64,000 bases of DNA, from IMG/VR virus record IMGVR_UViG_2617271087_000004. The stretch is one strand, 5' to 3'. A program made the translations under genes and the position numbers. Origin of the DNA: a virus. Its lineage: Duplodnaviria; Heunggongvirae; Uroviricota; Caudoviricetes. Under the pieces are notes generated by a model, which worked only from the letters and a program-made list of their open reading frames with translations, had not been told where the DNA came from and ran no database searches. Shown here piece by piece: positions 55,865 to 64,000 of this stretch. The first letter of the stretch is position 1. Each line of letters starts with the position of its first letter.

Positions 55865-57234
55865 TAATAATCCTCTTGCCAGTCAGCACCAGCATAGTTA
55901 TCAAACCGTGAGTATTGGCCGTTAAAAGCCAATCTCACCGTGCCAATTGGGCCATTTCGTTGCTTTCCGATAATTACCTCGGCAATGCCCTTCATTTCGC
56001 TATCCGGGTGATAAACTTCGTCGCGATACAGAAACATGATCAGGTCTGCGTCCTGCTCAATTGCTCCTGATTCACGTAAATCTGAATTTACCGGTCGTTT
56101 GTCCGCACGCTGTTCAAGCGATCGATTAAGTTGTGACAATGCCACCACCGGTACTTGTAATTCCTTCGCCAACGCCTTCAGTGAGCGAGAAATCTCGGCA
56201 ATTTCCAGCGTTCGGTTATCTTGCAGCTCGGGGACGCGCATAAGTTGCAGGTAGTCGATCATAATCATGCTCAAACCACCATTTTCTTTATAAACACGAC
56301 GAGCGCGGGAACGAAGCTCTGTAGGTGTCAGGGCGCTTGAGTCATCAATAAAAATATTCTGCTTGTCCAACAGAATACCCATTGCGCCAGAAACCCGCGC
56401 CCAATCCTCGTCGTTAAGTTGCCCTGTCCGAATACGAGTCTGATCAACGCGTGCAAGAGAAGCCAGTGAGCGCATCATCAGCTGGTGGCTCGGCATCTCA
56501 AGGCTAAAAACCAATACGGGCTTATCGTTACGAACTGCGGCATTTTCGACGAGATTCATCGCAAACGTGGTCTTCCCCATAGATGGGCGGGCGGCGACAA
56601 TGATGAGATCGGACGGCTGAAGCCCTGCCGTCTTCTTATTGAGATCGGTAAATCCCGTATCAAGCCCCGTTACACCATCATGTGGTCGCTGAAACAACTC
56701 TTCTATGCGAGATACCGTTGCATCGAGAATGCTGGCGATATCTTTTGGACCACTACCGCTCTTTTGTCGTTTTTCAGCTATTTCAAAAACGCGGCGCTCG
56801 GCCATATCCAGCAATTCATTGCTGCCCCTGCCATCCTGCGCATATCCAGCTTCGGCTATTTCATTTGCGACGGAAATCATTTCACGAACAACCGCGCGTT
56901 CACGAACGATATCCGCATAAGCACAAATATTTGCCGCGCTGGGCGTGTTCTTTGACATCTCCGCAAGGTACGCAAAACCACCGGCGCGTTCTAATTTACC
57001 GTTCTGTTCAAGTGCTTCAGCAAGTGTTATCAAATCAATCGGTTTGCCATGACTTAATAACCTCTCCATCTCACTGAAAATTTCACGATGAGCACTGGTA
57101 TAAAAATCATCAGCAACTATACGATCTGCAACTTCATCCCAGCGGCAGTTATCAAGCATTAAGCCACCAAGTACAGCTTGTTCTGCACTAAGGGAATTTG
57201 GCATGGATTCAAGAGGGGATGCAGACATTAGCAC
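55864..57234 (-). CDS. ban: DnaB-family replicative helicase (Ban)
   Basis: 456 aa; Walker A ARPSMGKTTFA, Walker B IMIDYLQLM, full set of DnaB C-terminal motifs. Confidence 0.9.
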   Translation of the reverse strand: MLMSASPLESMPNSLSAEQAVLGGLMLDNCRWDEVADRIVADDFYTSAHREIFSEMERLLSHGKPIDLITLAEALEQNGKLERAGGFAYLAEMSKNTPSAANICAYADIVRERAVVREMISVANEIAEAGYAQDGRGSNELLDMAERRVFEIAEKRQKSGSGPKDIASILDATVSRIEELFQRPHDGVTGLDTGFTDLNKKTAGLQPSDLIIVAARPSMGKTTFAMNLVENAAVRNDKPVLVFSLEMPSHQLMMRSLASLARVDQTRIRTGQLNDEDWARVSGAMGILLDKQNIFIDDSSALTPTELRSRARRVYKENGGLSMIMIDYLQLMRVPELQDNRTLEIAEISRSLKALAKELQVPVVALSQLNRSLEQRADKRPVNSDLRESGAIEQDADLIMFLYRDEVYHPDSEMKGIAEVIIGKQRNGPIGTVRLAFNGQYSRFDNYAGADWQEDY

Positions 57235-57501
57235 TCCACCAGGCGTGCTGAATGTCAGATATAATCGGCATACTCAAATCACTCCTAACGATATGAGTCA
57301 TCACCAGAAAATCAGGATTAATGCGCCGGACTCTTCCCGGCTGTCACACCGAATCGCCAGGATGGTGAATCCCTTTACCCGAGAAACAACAAACGGTGGC
57401 TTGCACATTCCGGCTACCTGGTTCGTTGCCTGAGCTAGGGGCAAGGTTCCCCCCTTTTAACGTCACCAGACCGCTAACGACGCATGTGCCAGACGCCGTG
57501 T

Positions 57502-57577
57502 TACAACCAAATATGGTGGCCCCTACCGGACTTGAACCGGTGACCGTGCGATTATGAGTCGCCAGCTCTAACCACTG
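57502..57577 (-). tRNA. tRNA with CAU anticodon (Met or lysidine-modified Ile2 type)
   Basis: GGCCCTTTAGCTCAGTGGTTAGAGCTGGCGACTCATAATCGCACGGTCACCGGTTCAAGTCCGGTAGGGGCCACCA folds as cloverleaf, anticodon loop CTCATAA, encoded CCA. Confidence 0.8.
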
Positions 57578-57616
57578 AGCTAAAGGGCCGGATTACTGCC
57601 AATTTTGCTTACGCTT

Positions 57617-58444
57617 TTATTTCACCGGAACAAACGGAACAGCGGTATTACTGGTCATATACTGCGGTAATGTACCGTTCCATTTGTTGATCGCTTCCAA
57701 CTCCATAACACCGGGGTTCTGGCGCAGAGCTTCACCACGTAAACGAATGGCATCAGCTTCGGCCTGGGCTTTTGTGCGAATAGCATCAGCCTGTCCGGCA
57801 GCTTCCGCGCGCAGCATGTTGGCCTCTGCTTCACGTTGTTTGACCTCTTGCTCGCGTTGCAGGGTTTTTTGGTTTGCCGTGACTTTGGCGTTAATACTGT
57901 CAATAACTGTTGGCGGGTATTCTGGCTTACCTACATAAGAGAGGCTCATCACCTGAATGCCGATTGGCGTCATTTCTTCCTGAATGTCTTTAAGGGCTGC
58001 ATCAAGCAATTCAGATTTGCCACCGTCGATAAATTTGTCGGTGGTCATTTTGCTGGCTAACCGGTTCAGAGCATCTGCAACCTTCTGGCGTAGATCGGTA
58101 TCAGTAATATCATCTACACCTTTGCGATAGGTCTGAAATACCGTTGTGACTTTTGCTGGATCAACCTTGTAGGCTACGCCGATGTGGTAACCAATGGTTG
58201 TTCCGTCGCTCATCTGGAAGCTGAACGGCTCATCGTATGTCTTCATTTGCTTAAAGGTCGGGAAGATATAAACTTCAGTATTCAAGCCTGTCCAGTAGCG
58301 ACCAACGCCAACTACTTCACCGATACCTTTATCATCCCCCAGCTTATTTACTTTGATCCCTACGTTACCTGGCTCTACCCGATCGCATCCGGTCAGACAT
58401 AAAGAACCCAAAATAATCGCTGCACTAATCAACGTTTTTTTCAT
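57617..58444 (-). CDS. plp: SPFH/band-7-like lipoprotein (Plp-like)
   Basis: Signal peptide with lipobox LTGC; SPFH-like central region; Ala-rich coiled-coil tail. Confidence 0.65.
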   Translation of the reverse strand: MKKTLISAAIILGSLCLTGCDRVEPGNVGIKVNKLGDDKGIGEVVGVGRYWTGLNTEVYIFPTFKQMKTYDEPFSFQMSDGTTIGYHIGVAYKVDPAKVTTVFQTYRKGVDDITDTDLRQKVADALNRLASKMTTDKFIDGGKSELLDAALKDIQEEMTPIGIQVMSLSYVGKPEYPPTVIDSINAKVTANQKTLQREQEVKQREAEANMLRAEAAGQADAIRTKAQAEADAIRLRGEALRQNPGVMELEAINKWNGTLPQYMTSNTAVPFVPVK

Positions 58445-59589
58445 TAATTAATTTCCTGGTTTTTTCACGAAAAAAGACTACTGCGAAAGCCGGGTAAATG
58501 AGCGCGAGAAGGACTCCCAACAATACAAGTATTGTGCTGTTAGATGAGATCATATTTGGCAAAAGCCAAACATACAGAACCAGTGACACAATCAAACAGA
58601 GGACGGCATAAATATATAACCGCACCCATAGCGTTCGACATTTGTTCGGATTGTTCTGCATCCTCTCACTCCATTATTTAACGAATAAAAAAGCTGCGGT
58701 GCCGGGTGCCTCCCGGTGTCCTTTGGCTGGTTATCCACCGTGGACGGGGAAACAAGGAGAAATGAATGGACTGATATAACCATTTCCCCGCGTGCGCTTA
58801 GCCGCATTCACCGCAACGGAAAGAGCATTCTTGGTGGACCTGTAGATTGGGATATGAACCCGTTACAGGAGAATGCTCTTACCTGTTACGTGCTCCGTTT
58901 CGTGGAGCTAACGGCGGGTGATCGGGCCGCACCAAGCTGGACTTATTTCAGCGTTATGCTCATGCCAGAGAATCAAACTGTGATGGTCGGTGCTGAACTC
59001 CGACACAGGGTTGTAGCAAGCCCCGCAAAGCGCGCACTACTGTAGTTGCGGCACATCAGCCTGTGCATTCACCACAATGTTGAGAACACTGGTTGTCACG
59101 CTGCAACGCAACATTTATTCGTAGATTGGGATATGACCCCGTTACGCCAGTGTTCTCAACGTTGTAGTGCCGGTTACGGTTCCGGCCAGGCCTCTTCCTC
59201 AACGGGGTGTTCTCCATACGGACTACCGTTTATTGGTCGTTCCTGCGGTTTATGTTGTGAAGCCAGATGCTTATCTTCTGGTTGCTTCAAAGAGCTGCAC
59301 TTCATCACAACGGTAAGAGCACTCGATGCATTTAAGCCAAGCCCCATAAGGGAGAATGCCCTTACCTGTTGTGTTGTGATGACCGGTGCTGATCTCCGGC
59401 TTGCGGTTATTTCAGACTCTCACGGGCGTTTAATTGCCCCGCCGAACAGCTCTTTTCCGCAATAGCTGCAATGTCTTTCGCGCATCAGCCTGCGCATTCA
59501 TCACAACGGTAAGGGTACTTCGTAGGGATTCGAACCCTCTGCCAAGCTCGGCGATCTCCGACGTCGCAAAATACCCTTACCTGTTGTGC

Positions 59590-59665
59590 TGGTGCCGATT
59601 AACGGACTCGAACCGCTGACATCCTGCTTACAAGGCAGGCGCTCTACCAACTGAGCTAAACCGGC
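59590..59665 (-). tRNA. tRNA-Thr (anticodon UGU)
   Basis: GCCGGTTTAGCTCAGTTGGTAGAGCGCCTGCCTTGTAAGCAGGATGTCAGCGGTTCGAGTCCGTTAATCGGCACCA. Confidence 0.85.
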
Positions 59666-59667
59666 AT

Positions 59668-59743
59668 TGGCGATGGTGGATGGATTTGAACCATCGACCC
59701 GTTGATTAACAGTCAACCGCTCTAACCGCTGAGCTACACCATC
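59668..59743 (-). tRNA. tRNA-Asn (anticodon GUU)
   Basis: GATGGTGTAGCTCAGCGGTTAGAGCGGTTGACTGTTAATCAACGGGTCGATGGTTCAAATCCATCCACCATCGCCA. Confidence 0.85.
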
Positions 59744-60400
59744 ACTTGCCGGGTACGTCTCCGGCGAGGGCTTCCACCTCCGTATGCTTTTCGGCGCACC
59801 GCGCCCTGGCTGCAATTCGGTAACAGGGGATGCATAACCCTGGCTTCCAGCGTGATTAGCGCTTTCAGCATGACGGGATATACCCGTAAATTCGTGGAAC
59901 TGTACCCAAAGTGCTGTTAAGCACCGCTGTTACGCTGAAAAGAAGACGCAACAGGAAAGGACGCTGACCAACAGATGGCCCCTTCTCGTTCATCTGGTTA
60001 ATCACACCAGCGCCCTTACCTGTTGTGCCTCCCCGTTCCCTAATACACAGACGGGGACACTCTGCGGTCGATTTTTTGACGGGGGACGACTCATACCCCG
60101 TGGCGTCTGGCTTCTTAGGCCGCTACCATCATCAGATCATCGTTTGCATTTACTTTAATGGTCAGTTTCTAAACCGCCGCAAAGTCGCTAACCATGACGA
60201 AAACCCTGAAAAAAACGCCCACCCGAAGATGGGCAAACTGGAAGCTCGTAACGCACTTCGGTGTTGCCACTTAGGCGTATGGTCAACCTGGCAACTCGGC
60301 GTCATGAGGGGGAAGGAGTCACTACCCCGCCATACTTGCCGCCGCGCCTGTCGCGGCTAACAGCTAAATCGCTCTATAAATCACGATTCATTGAGGCGAT

Positions 60401-60428
60401 ATTACACTAATAAATTTATTAGAGCAAT
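60401..60428. promoter_or_regulatory. overlapping inverted pair of C1 operator-like sites
   Basis: ATTACACTAATAAATTT (60401-60417, 15/17) overlapping AAATTTATTAGAGCAAT (60412-60428, perfect reverse complement of consensus). Confidence 0.7.
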
Positions 60429-62437
60429 ATTGCTATAACGTCATGAGCAACACCTCGAGTGTCCCCCTTACAAGACACAGAACGTCTGGCAAAAAGAGGT
60501 TCCACTCTGAAGCCACTGTCCTGATAAAGTTCTCTGATGTTTGGCGCGCCACTGTTAGTAATGAGAACCTTTGCACCTCGGCGATGAGCATCCGTCAACA
60601 GAGACGCCAGGCGTTTTTGCTCTTCAAACTTAAAGTCATGACCGGAATAGTTCGTGAATCCCTCTGTATTTGGGAGCGGTTCATACGGCGGATCGCAAAA
60701 GATGACATCTCCTTCTCCGGCAGCTTCAATCACCGCAGCAAAATCACCACATACAAACTCAGAACGCCCTTCCGCACCAAGGAAGGCTTCCATCTCCTGC
60801 AATGGGAAATACGGAGTTTTATACTTCCCATAACCGACATTGAACTCACCGGCTTGGTTGTAACGCGTCAATCCGTTAAAACAATGTCGGTTCAGGAACA
60901 AAAACGCCGCTGCGCGATGTAAATCATCATAGACTTGTTTGTTAAACGCATTCCGTACTGCCAGGTATCCTTCCTGCGTGTTGTAGTCCTGGAAGAAACG
61001 ATGTGCCAGAGTGATAAGTGAATGCGCCTCGCGTTGCAGAGTCTTGTAAAAGTTAATCAGGTCAGCATTCACATCATTTAGCAGATTTTCCTGGTATCCG
61101 GCATTCATGAAGACAGCTCCGCCACCAACGAAAGGCTCAATCAGGCGCTTCCCTTCTGGCAAATAGCGAAAGATTTGTTCCAGAACACCAAATTTTCCAC
61201 CAGCCCATTTGAATATGGACCGTTCGAATTCTGCCGCTGGTTTAACTTTTCGCTCTTTTGTTTCACTCCCTTCCTTCTGCCGACATGCAGCCTTGGCAAT
61301 CCGATCGCCAATCCAGCGCATTACTGGTATCGCCATACTATTGCCGATCGCTTTGTAACGCGGTCCGTCAGCTGCAAGCATCGCGGCCTCTTCTTCGCTC
61401 AAATCAGGATAGTTTTTGCGAAGGTATGCCAGTTCATCTGAAGAAACTTTTTTACGCTTTTCCGTAGGGATCAATGTATGTCCATCAGGAAAACCTTGCA
61501 GCCTTTCACATTCGACAGGGATAAGACGGCGCATTCTACCGTCGACGAGCAATACAATTGGTGCTTCATGGTTACATGTCAAAGTTGGTGCCGAATTATC
61601 GGTTTTTATCTCAGCCCCTCCTTGCCCATGTGCCATGGCAACTATGTTTGTATCATCGCAAGATCTGATAGCGATGTTTGAAGTATATCTGGTAGTTTCC
61701 TTCCCCTCGCCTCTGCTCGGCGCAATATTCCGGCGCACGCCTTCGAACTCAAAAAGTACCGTTGCGGGATCGAGGTCTGTTCGAGCACTTGCGACAACAA
61801 ACACGCGTCGGCGTCGTTGTGCCACTCCGAAGTATTGGGCATCAAGGATTCTCCAGGCCACCTTTCGCTGCGGTCCATAAATACAACCACACTGCGGCCA
61901 CTTTGGAGCATGGCAACCGGTTTTGCCATCCCACCGCCAGAACGCGTTACTTTTTCCTGATTCAGGTCGATCACCTGGTTCAAATGGCGCATCTTCTCCA
62001 GCCAATCCGGCAAGGAAACATCCGAAGGCGTTATCTGCCGATGACAGGACTCCTGGGACATTTTCCCAGACGATAACTGTCGGTTTGAGGAAGGACTCAG
62101 ACCGTTTGTCGTCAATTGCATTTGCAAGCTCCACATACTTCAAAGTTAGCGCGCCGCGTTCATCATCAAGCCCACCACGTAAGCCCGCGATACTGAATGC
62201 CTGACAAGGCGTACCCCCGACGAGCACATCAGGGGATTCGATTTCCCCAGCCAGGACTTTTTTGGCAAGTTTTGTCATGTCGCCAAGGTTGGCGACATGG
62301 GGCCAGCGGTGCGCAAGAACGGCAGATGGAAAAGGCTCGATTTCAGCAAACCACGCCGGACGCATACCCAACGGTTCCCAGGCAATACTCGCGGCTTCAA
62401 TTCCACTGCAAACAGATCCATAGCACAGCTCTTTCAC
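60419..62437 (-). CDS. dmt: bifunctional DNA methyltransferase: N-terminal C5-cytosine MTase domain fused to C-terminal Dam-like N6-adenine MTase domain
   Basis: [12 protein letters not shown] (PCQ motif) and VWENVPGV (ENV motif) in N-terminal half; WAGGK and CDPPYEPL (DPPY) in C-terminal half. Confidence 0.85.
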   Translation of the reverse strand: MKELCYGSVCSGIEAASIAWEPLGMRPAWFAEIEPFPSAVLAHRWPHVANLGDMTKLAKKVLAGEIESPDVLVGGTPCQAFSIAGLRGGLDDERGALTLKYVELANAIDDKRSESFLKPTVIVWENVPGVLSSADNAFGCFLAGLAGEDAPFEPGDRPESGKSNAFWRWDGKTGCHAPKWPQCGCIYGPQRKVAWRILDAQYFGVAQRRRRVFVVASARTDLDPATVLFEFEGVRRNIAPSRGEGKETTRYTSNIAIRSCDDTNIVAMAHGQGGAEIKTDNSAPTLTCNHEAPIVLLVDGRMRRLIPVECERLQGFPDGHTLIPTEKRKKVSSDELAYLRKNYPDLSEEEAAMLAADGPRYKAIGNSMAIPVMRWIGDRIAKAACRQKEGSETKERKVKPAAEFERSIFKWAGGKFGVLEQIFRYLPEGKRLIEPFVGGGAVFMNAGYQENLLNDVNADLINFYKTLQREAHSLITLAHRFFQDYNTQEGYLAVRNAFNKQVYDDLHRAAAFLFLNRHCFNGLTRYNQAGEFNVGYGKYKTPYFPLQEMEAFLGAEGRSEFVCGDFAAVIEAAGEGDVIFCDPPYEPLPNTEGFTNYSGHDFKFEEQKRLASLLTDAHRRGAKVLITNSGAPNIRELYQDSGFRVEPLFARRSVSCKGDTRGVAHDVIAILL

Positions 62438-63339
62438 TGCTTAGCCTCTCCACCAAGGGCATTTACCAGAGCATCAACCAGGCACGAAATTTCACTGGTC
62501 AACAGGAAGAAATCTGCGTCCAGTCGCTGCGCAACATCTTCACTATCAATATCAGAGTTCTGCTCAAGCAATTCATCCGCAAATTTGACGCTGGTAAGGC
62601 TGAAGTTATGGTCCAGTGTAAATTTAATGCGGTTCTGCCAGTCGAGTGCCAACTTAGTAACGAGCTTGCCAGCTTCCAGGTGTGTGGAAATTTCATCGCT
62701 TCCCAAATCCTGCTTTTTCACTCGGGCAATACCGCCATCCTCAAGCACTGCCTTAAGTTCTGCCGCATCCCCCATTTGAAATCCCTGTGGAGCACTACCA
62801 TCACGTACCCAGTCGGTCAGCGTTAATTCAATGGGATTTTCAACACTTAGGGGAACAACAGGAAGAGAACCCAGAGATTTACGCATAAGCGCGAGCATAT
62901 CCTCTGCCTGCCGCGCGCTGGCATTGATATAGATACGTTTAGTTGAACCGTCGTAGATCGCCTGGATAACAGAAAACTTTGAAAAAGCCCGTGGCAGAAG
63001 AGAATGCAGAACTTCGTCTTTCAGGGAGTCCTTCTCTGTTTTCTTCAGTTTACGCGCTTGTTCTTGCTCGAGTTTTTCAATTTTTTCTTGAATAGCTCGC
63101 TGGATAACCGGCGGGGGAAGGATTTTTGTTTCGCGCTTTGCTTCAACAAGGATAAAACCATTTCCATGCATAGCGATAACTTCGGAATTATCACCAAATG
63201 GAGATACAAAACCGAACTTGGCCATATCCTGACTACCGCATGGCGTGAAAAGGATCATTTTCTTTTTATCTTCTAAGTCGGTCAGATCCGCTTCACGAGA
63301 AAGTTTATAAATAGTAATGTTTTTCCAGTGCTTAAACAT
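62434..63339 (-). CDS. RdgC-like recombination-associated protein
   Basis: From internal ATG: [16 protein letters not shown].. resembles RdgC N-terminus (MLWFKNLMVYRLSRE); stop overlaps dmt start. Confidence 0.65.
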   Translation of the reverse strand: MFKHWKNITIYKLSREADLTDLEDKKKMILFTPCGSQDMAKFGFVSPFGDNSEVIAMHGNGFILVEAKRETKILPPPVIQRAIQEKIEKLEQEQARKLKKTEKDSLKDEVLHSLLPRAFSKFSVIQAIYDGSTKRIYINASARQAEDMLALMRKSLGSLPVVPLSVENPIELTLTDWVRDGSAPQGFQMGDAAELKAVLEDGGIARVKKQDLGSDEISTHLEAGKLVTKLALDWQNRIKFTLDHNFSLTSVKFADELLEQNSDIDSEDVAQRLDADFFLLTSEISCLVDALVNALGGEAKQ

Positions 63340-63688
63340 GTTGTAACCCTTGAATATCAACCACAGAAAGCTCGTTTTTGTAGAAAAAGGCCAGGTTGAG
63401 GCACCCCCTAGTTTGAGCGTATGAGCTGGGACCAATTTCGTTCTTCCAGACAAATGGCTTCAAATCCGTACGGCGAAGCATAAAAACGCGATTTGTTCCG
63501 CTCTGATTCCCAATGAGGCAAAAGCCTTCTTTCACCTTGATAGCCTGCAAGTTGTCGAGTTCACCGCTGGTTACACGGCTATCGAACTCTTTGCGGCTTA
63601 TTAGCTCCATCTGCATCTGACGACTCCAAACAAATACCCATTGAAGGGCGATGGCTGAATGGTACCGAAAACACGACATAAAAAACAA
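63332..63688 (-). CDS. hypothetical ORF upstream of rdgC-like gene
   Basis: 118-aa ORF; start abuts operator-like site; may be noncoding leader. Confidence 0.25.
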   Translation of the reverse strand: MFFMSCFRYHSAIALQWVFVWSRQMQMELISRKEFDSRVTSGELDNLQAIKVKEGFCLIGNQSGTNRVFMLRRTDLKPFVWKNEIGPSSYAQTRGCLNLAFFYKNELSVVDIQGLQHV

Positions 63689-63704
63689 TATTTATTAGAG
63701 CAAT
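63688..63704 (-). promoter_or_regulatory. C1 operator-like 17-mer upstream of rdgC-dmt operon
   Basis: ATATTTATTAGAGCAAT (16/17). Confidence 0.6.
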
Positions 63705-64000
63705 CATGCAATAGTTAACACCATATAGACCACAAGTAACCTAAGTTAAAATAACGAAAACCAGAGCAAATAATTGGTGATGACGTGGCAAGTATTGCAA
63801 CAAAAGACAGCATTTGTTCGGGGCACGGAGGATTCCCATCCAGGCCTCCTGTAGAGAGTGAACCACTACTTAAAGTCAACGGAGTCGAAGTGTTAGTTGA
63901 TGGTAAGCAATATGCACAGCATACCGATGGAAACAGTACGCACGGTGGGCAAGCTATATCAACCAGGGCATGGTTTACCGTCAATGGTAAAGGGATCGTA

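Larger units (their letters stand above)
58842..60030. repeat. repeat-rich noncoding region flanking the tRNA genes
   Basis: CCCTTACCTGTTGTG-type 15-mers at about 58875, 59359, 59575, 60015 and inverted at 59505; 25-bp direct repeat GTAGATTGGGATATGA(A/C)CCCGTTAC at 58842 and 59121; 18-bp inverted repeat 59075-59092 / 59147-59164. Confidence 0.6.

Noticed and set aside
58716-59465. Two + strand ORFs (109 and 139 aa) across the tRNA/repeat region
   Set aside because: They overlap repeats and a tRNA-like element and are on the strand opposite the tRNA operon; most likely noncoding.
58842-60030. Possible CRISPR array suggested by recurring 15-mers
   Set aside because: Repeat spacing is irregular, copies are imperfect and one is inverted, and the repeats interleave with tRNA genes; no cas genes nearby. 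Called a tRNA-associated repeat region instead.
63715-64000. ORF 63715-63984 (-) and partial sequence at the right edge
   Set aside because: Too close to the window end to interpret; no motif support.

Overview
The window is about 64 kb of a phage P1-like plasmid prophage (Enterobacteriaceae), running opposite to the usual P1 map direction. The identification rests on a canonical 34-bp loxP site at 29228-29261 next to a 343-aa Cre recombinase, plus the C1/Coi immunity genes, pacA/pacB with a GATC-hexamer pac site, Phd-Doc, HumD, Hot, Ref, the DarB and Hdf-DarA antirestriction operons, Lyz, SSB, Ban, three tRNAs and a fused C5/N6 methyltransferase (Dmt-like). All calls come from reading the sequence and ORF translations; no database search was run, and P1 gene names are assigned from motif recognition and remembered gene order, so they are provisional. 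The left end (1-2767) is a multi-cassette tail-fibre inversion system (Cin/Min type) with three recognisable crossover sites and an adjacent serine invertase; its left boundary lies outside the window. The most notable departure from P1 is at 24417-25720: where P1 carries the EcoP1I res-mod genes there is instead an AT-rich insert encoding a SIR2-like protein (ThsA-type sirtuin motifs), interrupted by one frame change, with no TIR partner. Other departures are the absence of IS1, a terminase-ATPase paralog with substituted Walker motifs below ssb, and an accessory operon (phosphatase, tandem paralogs, VRR-NUC) at 46.4-49.9 kb. About a dozen C1-operator-like 17-mers are scattered at intergenic positions. 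The plasmid replicon (repA/parAB) and lytic replicon are not in this window.
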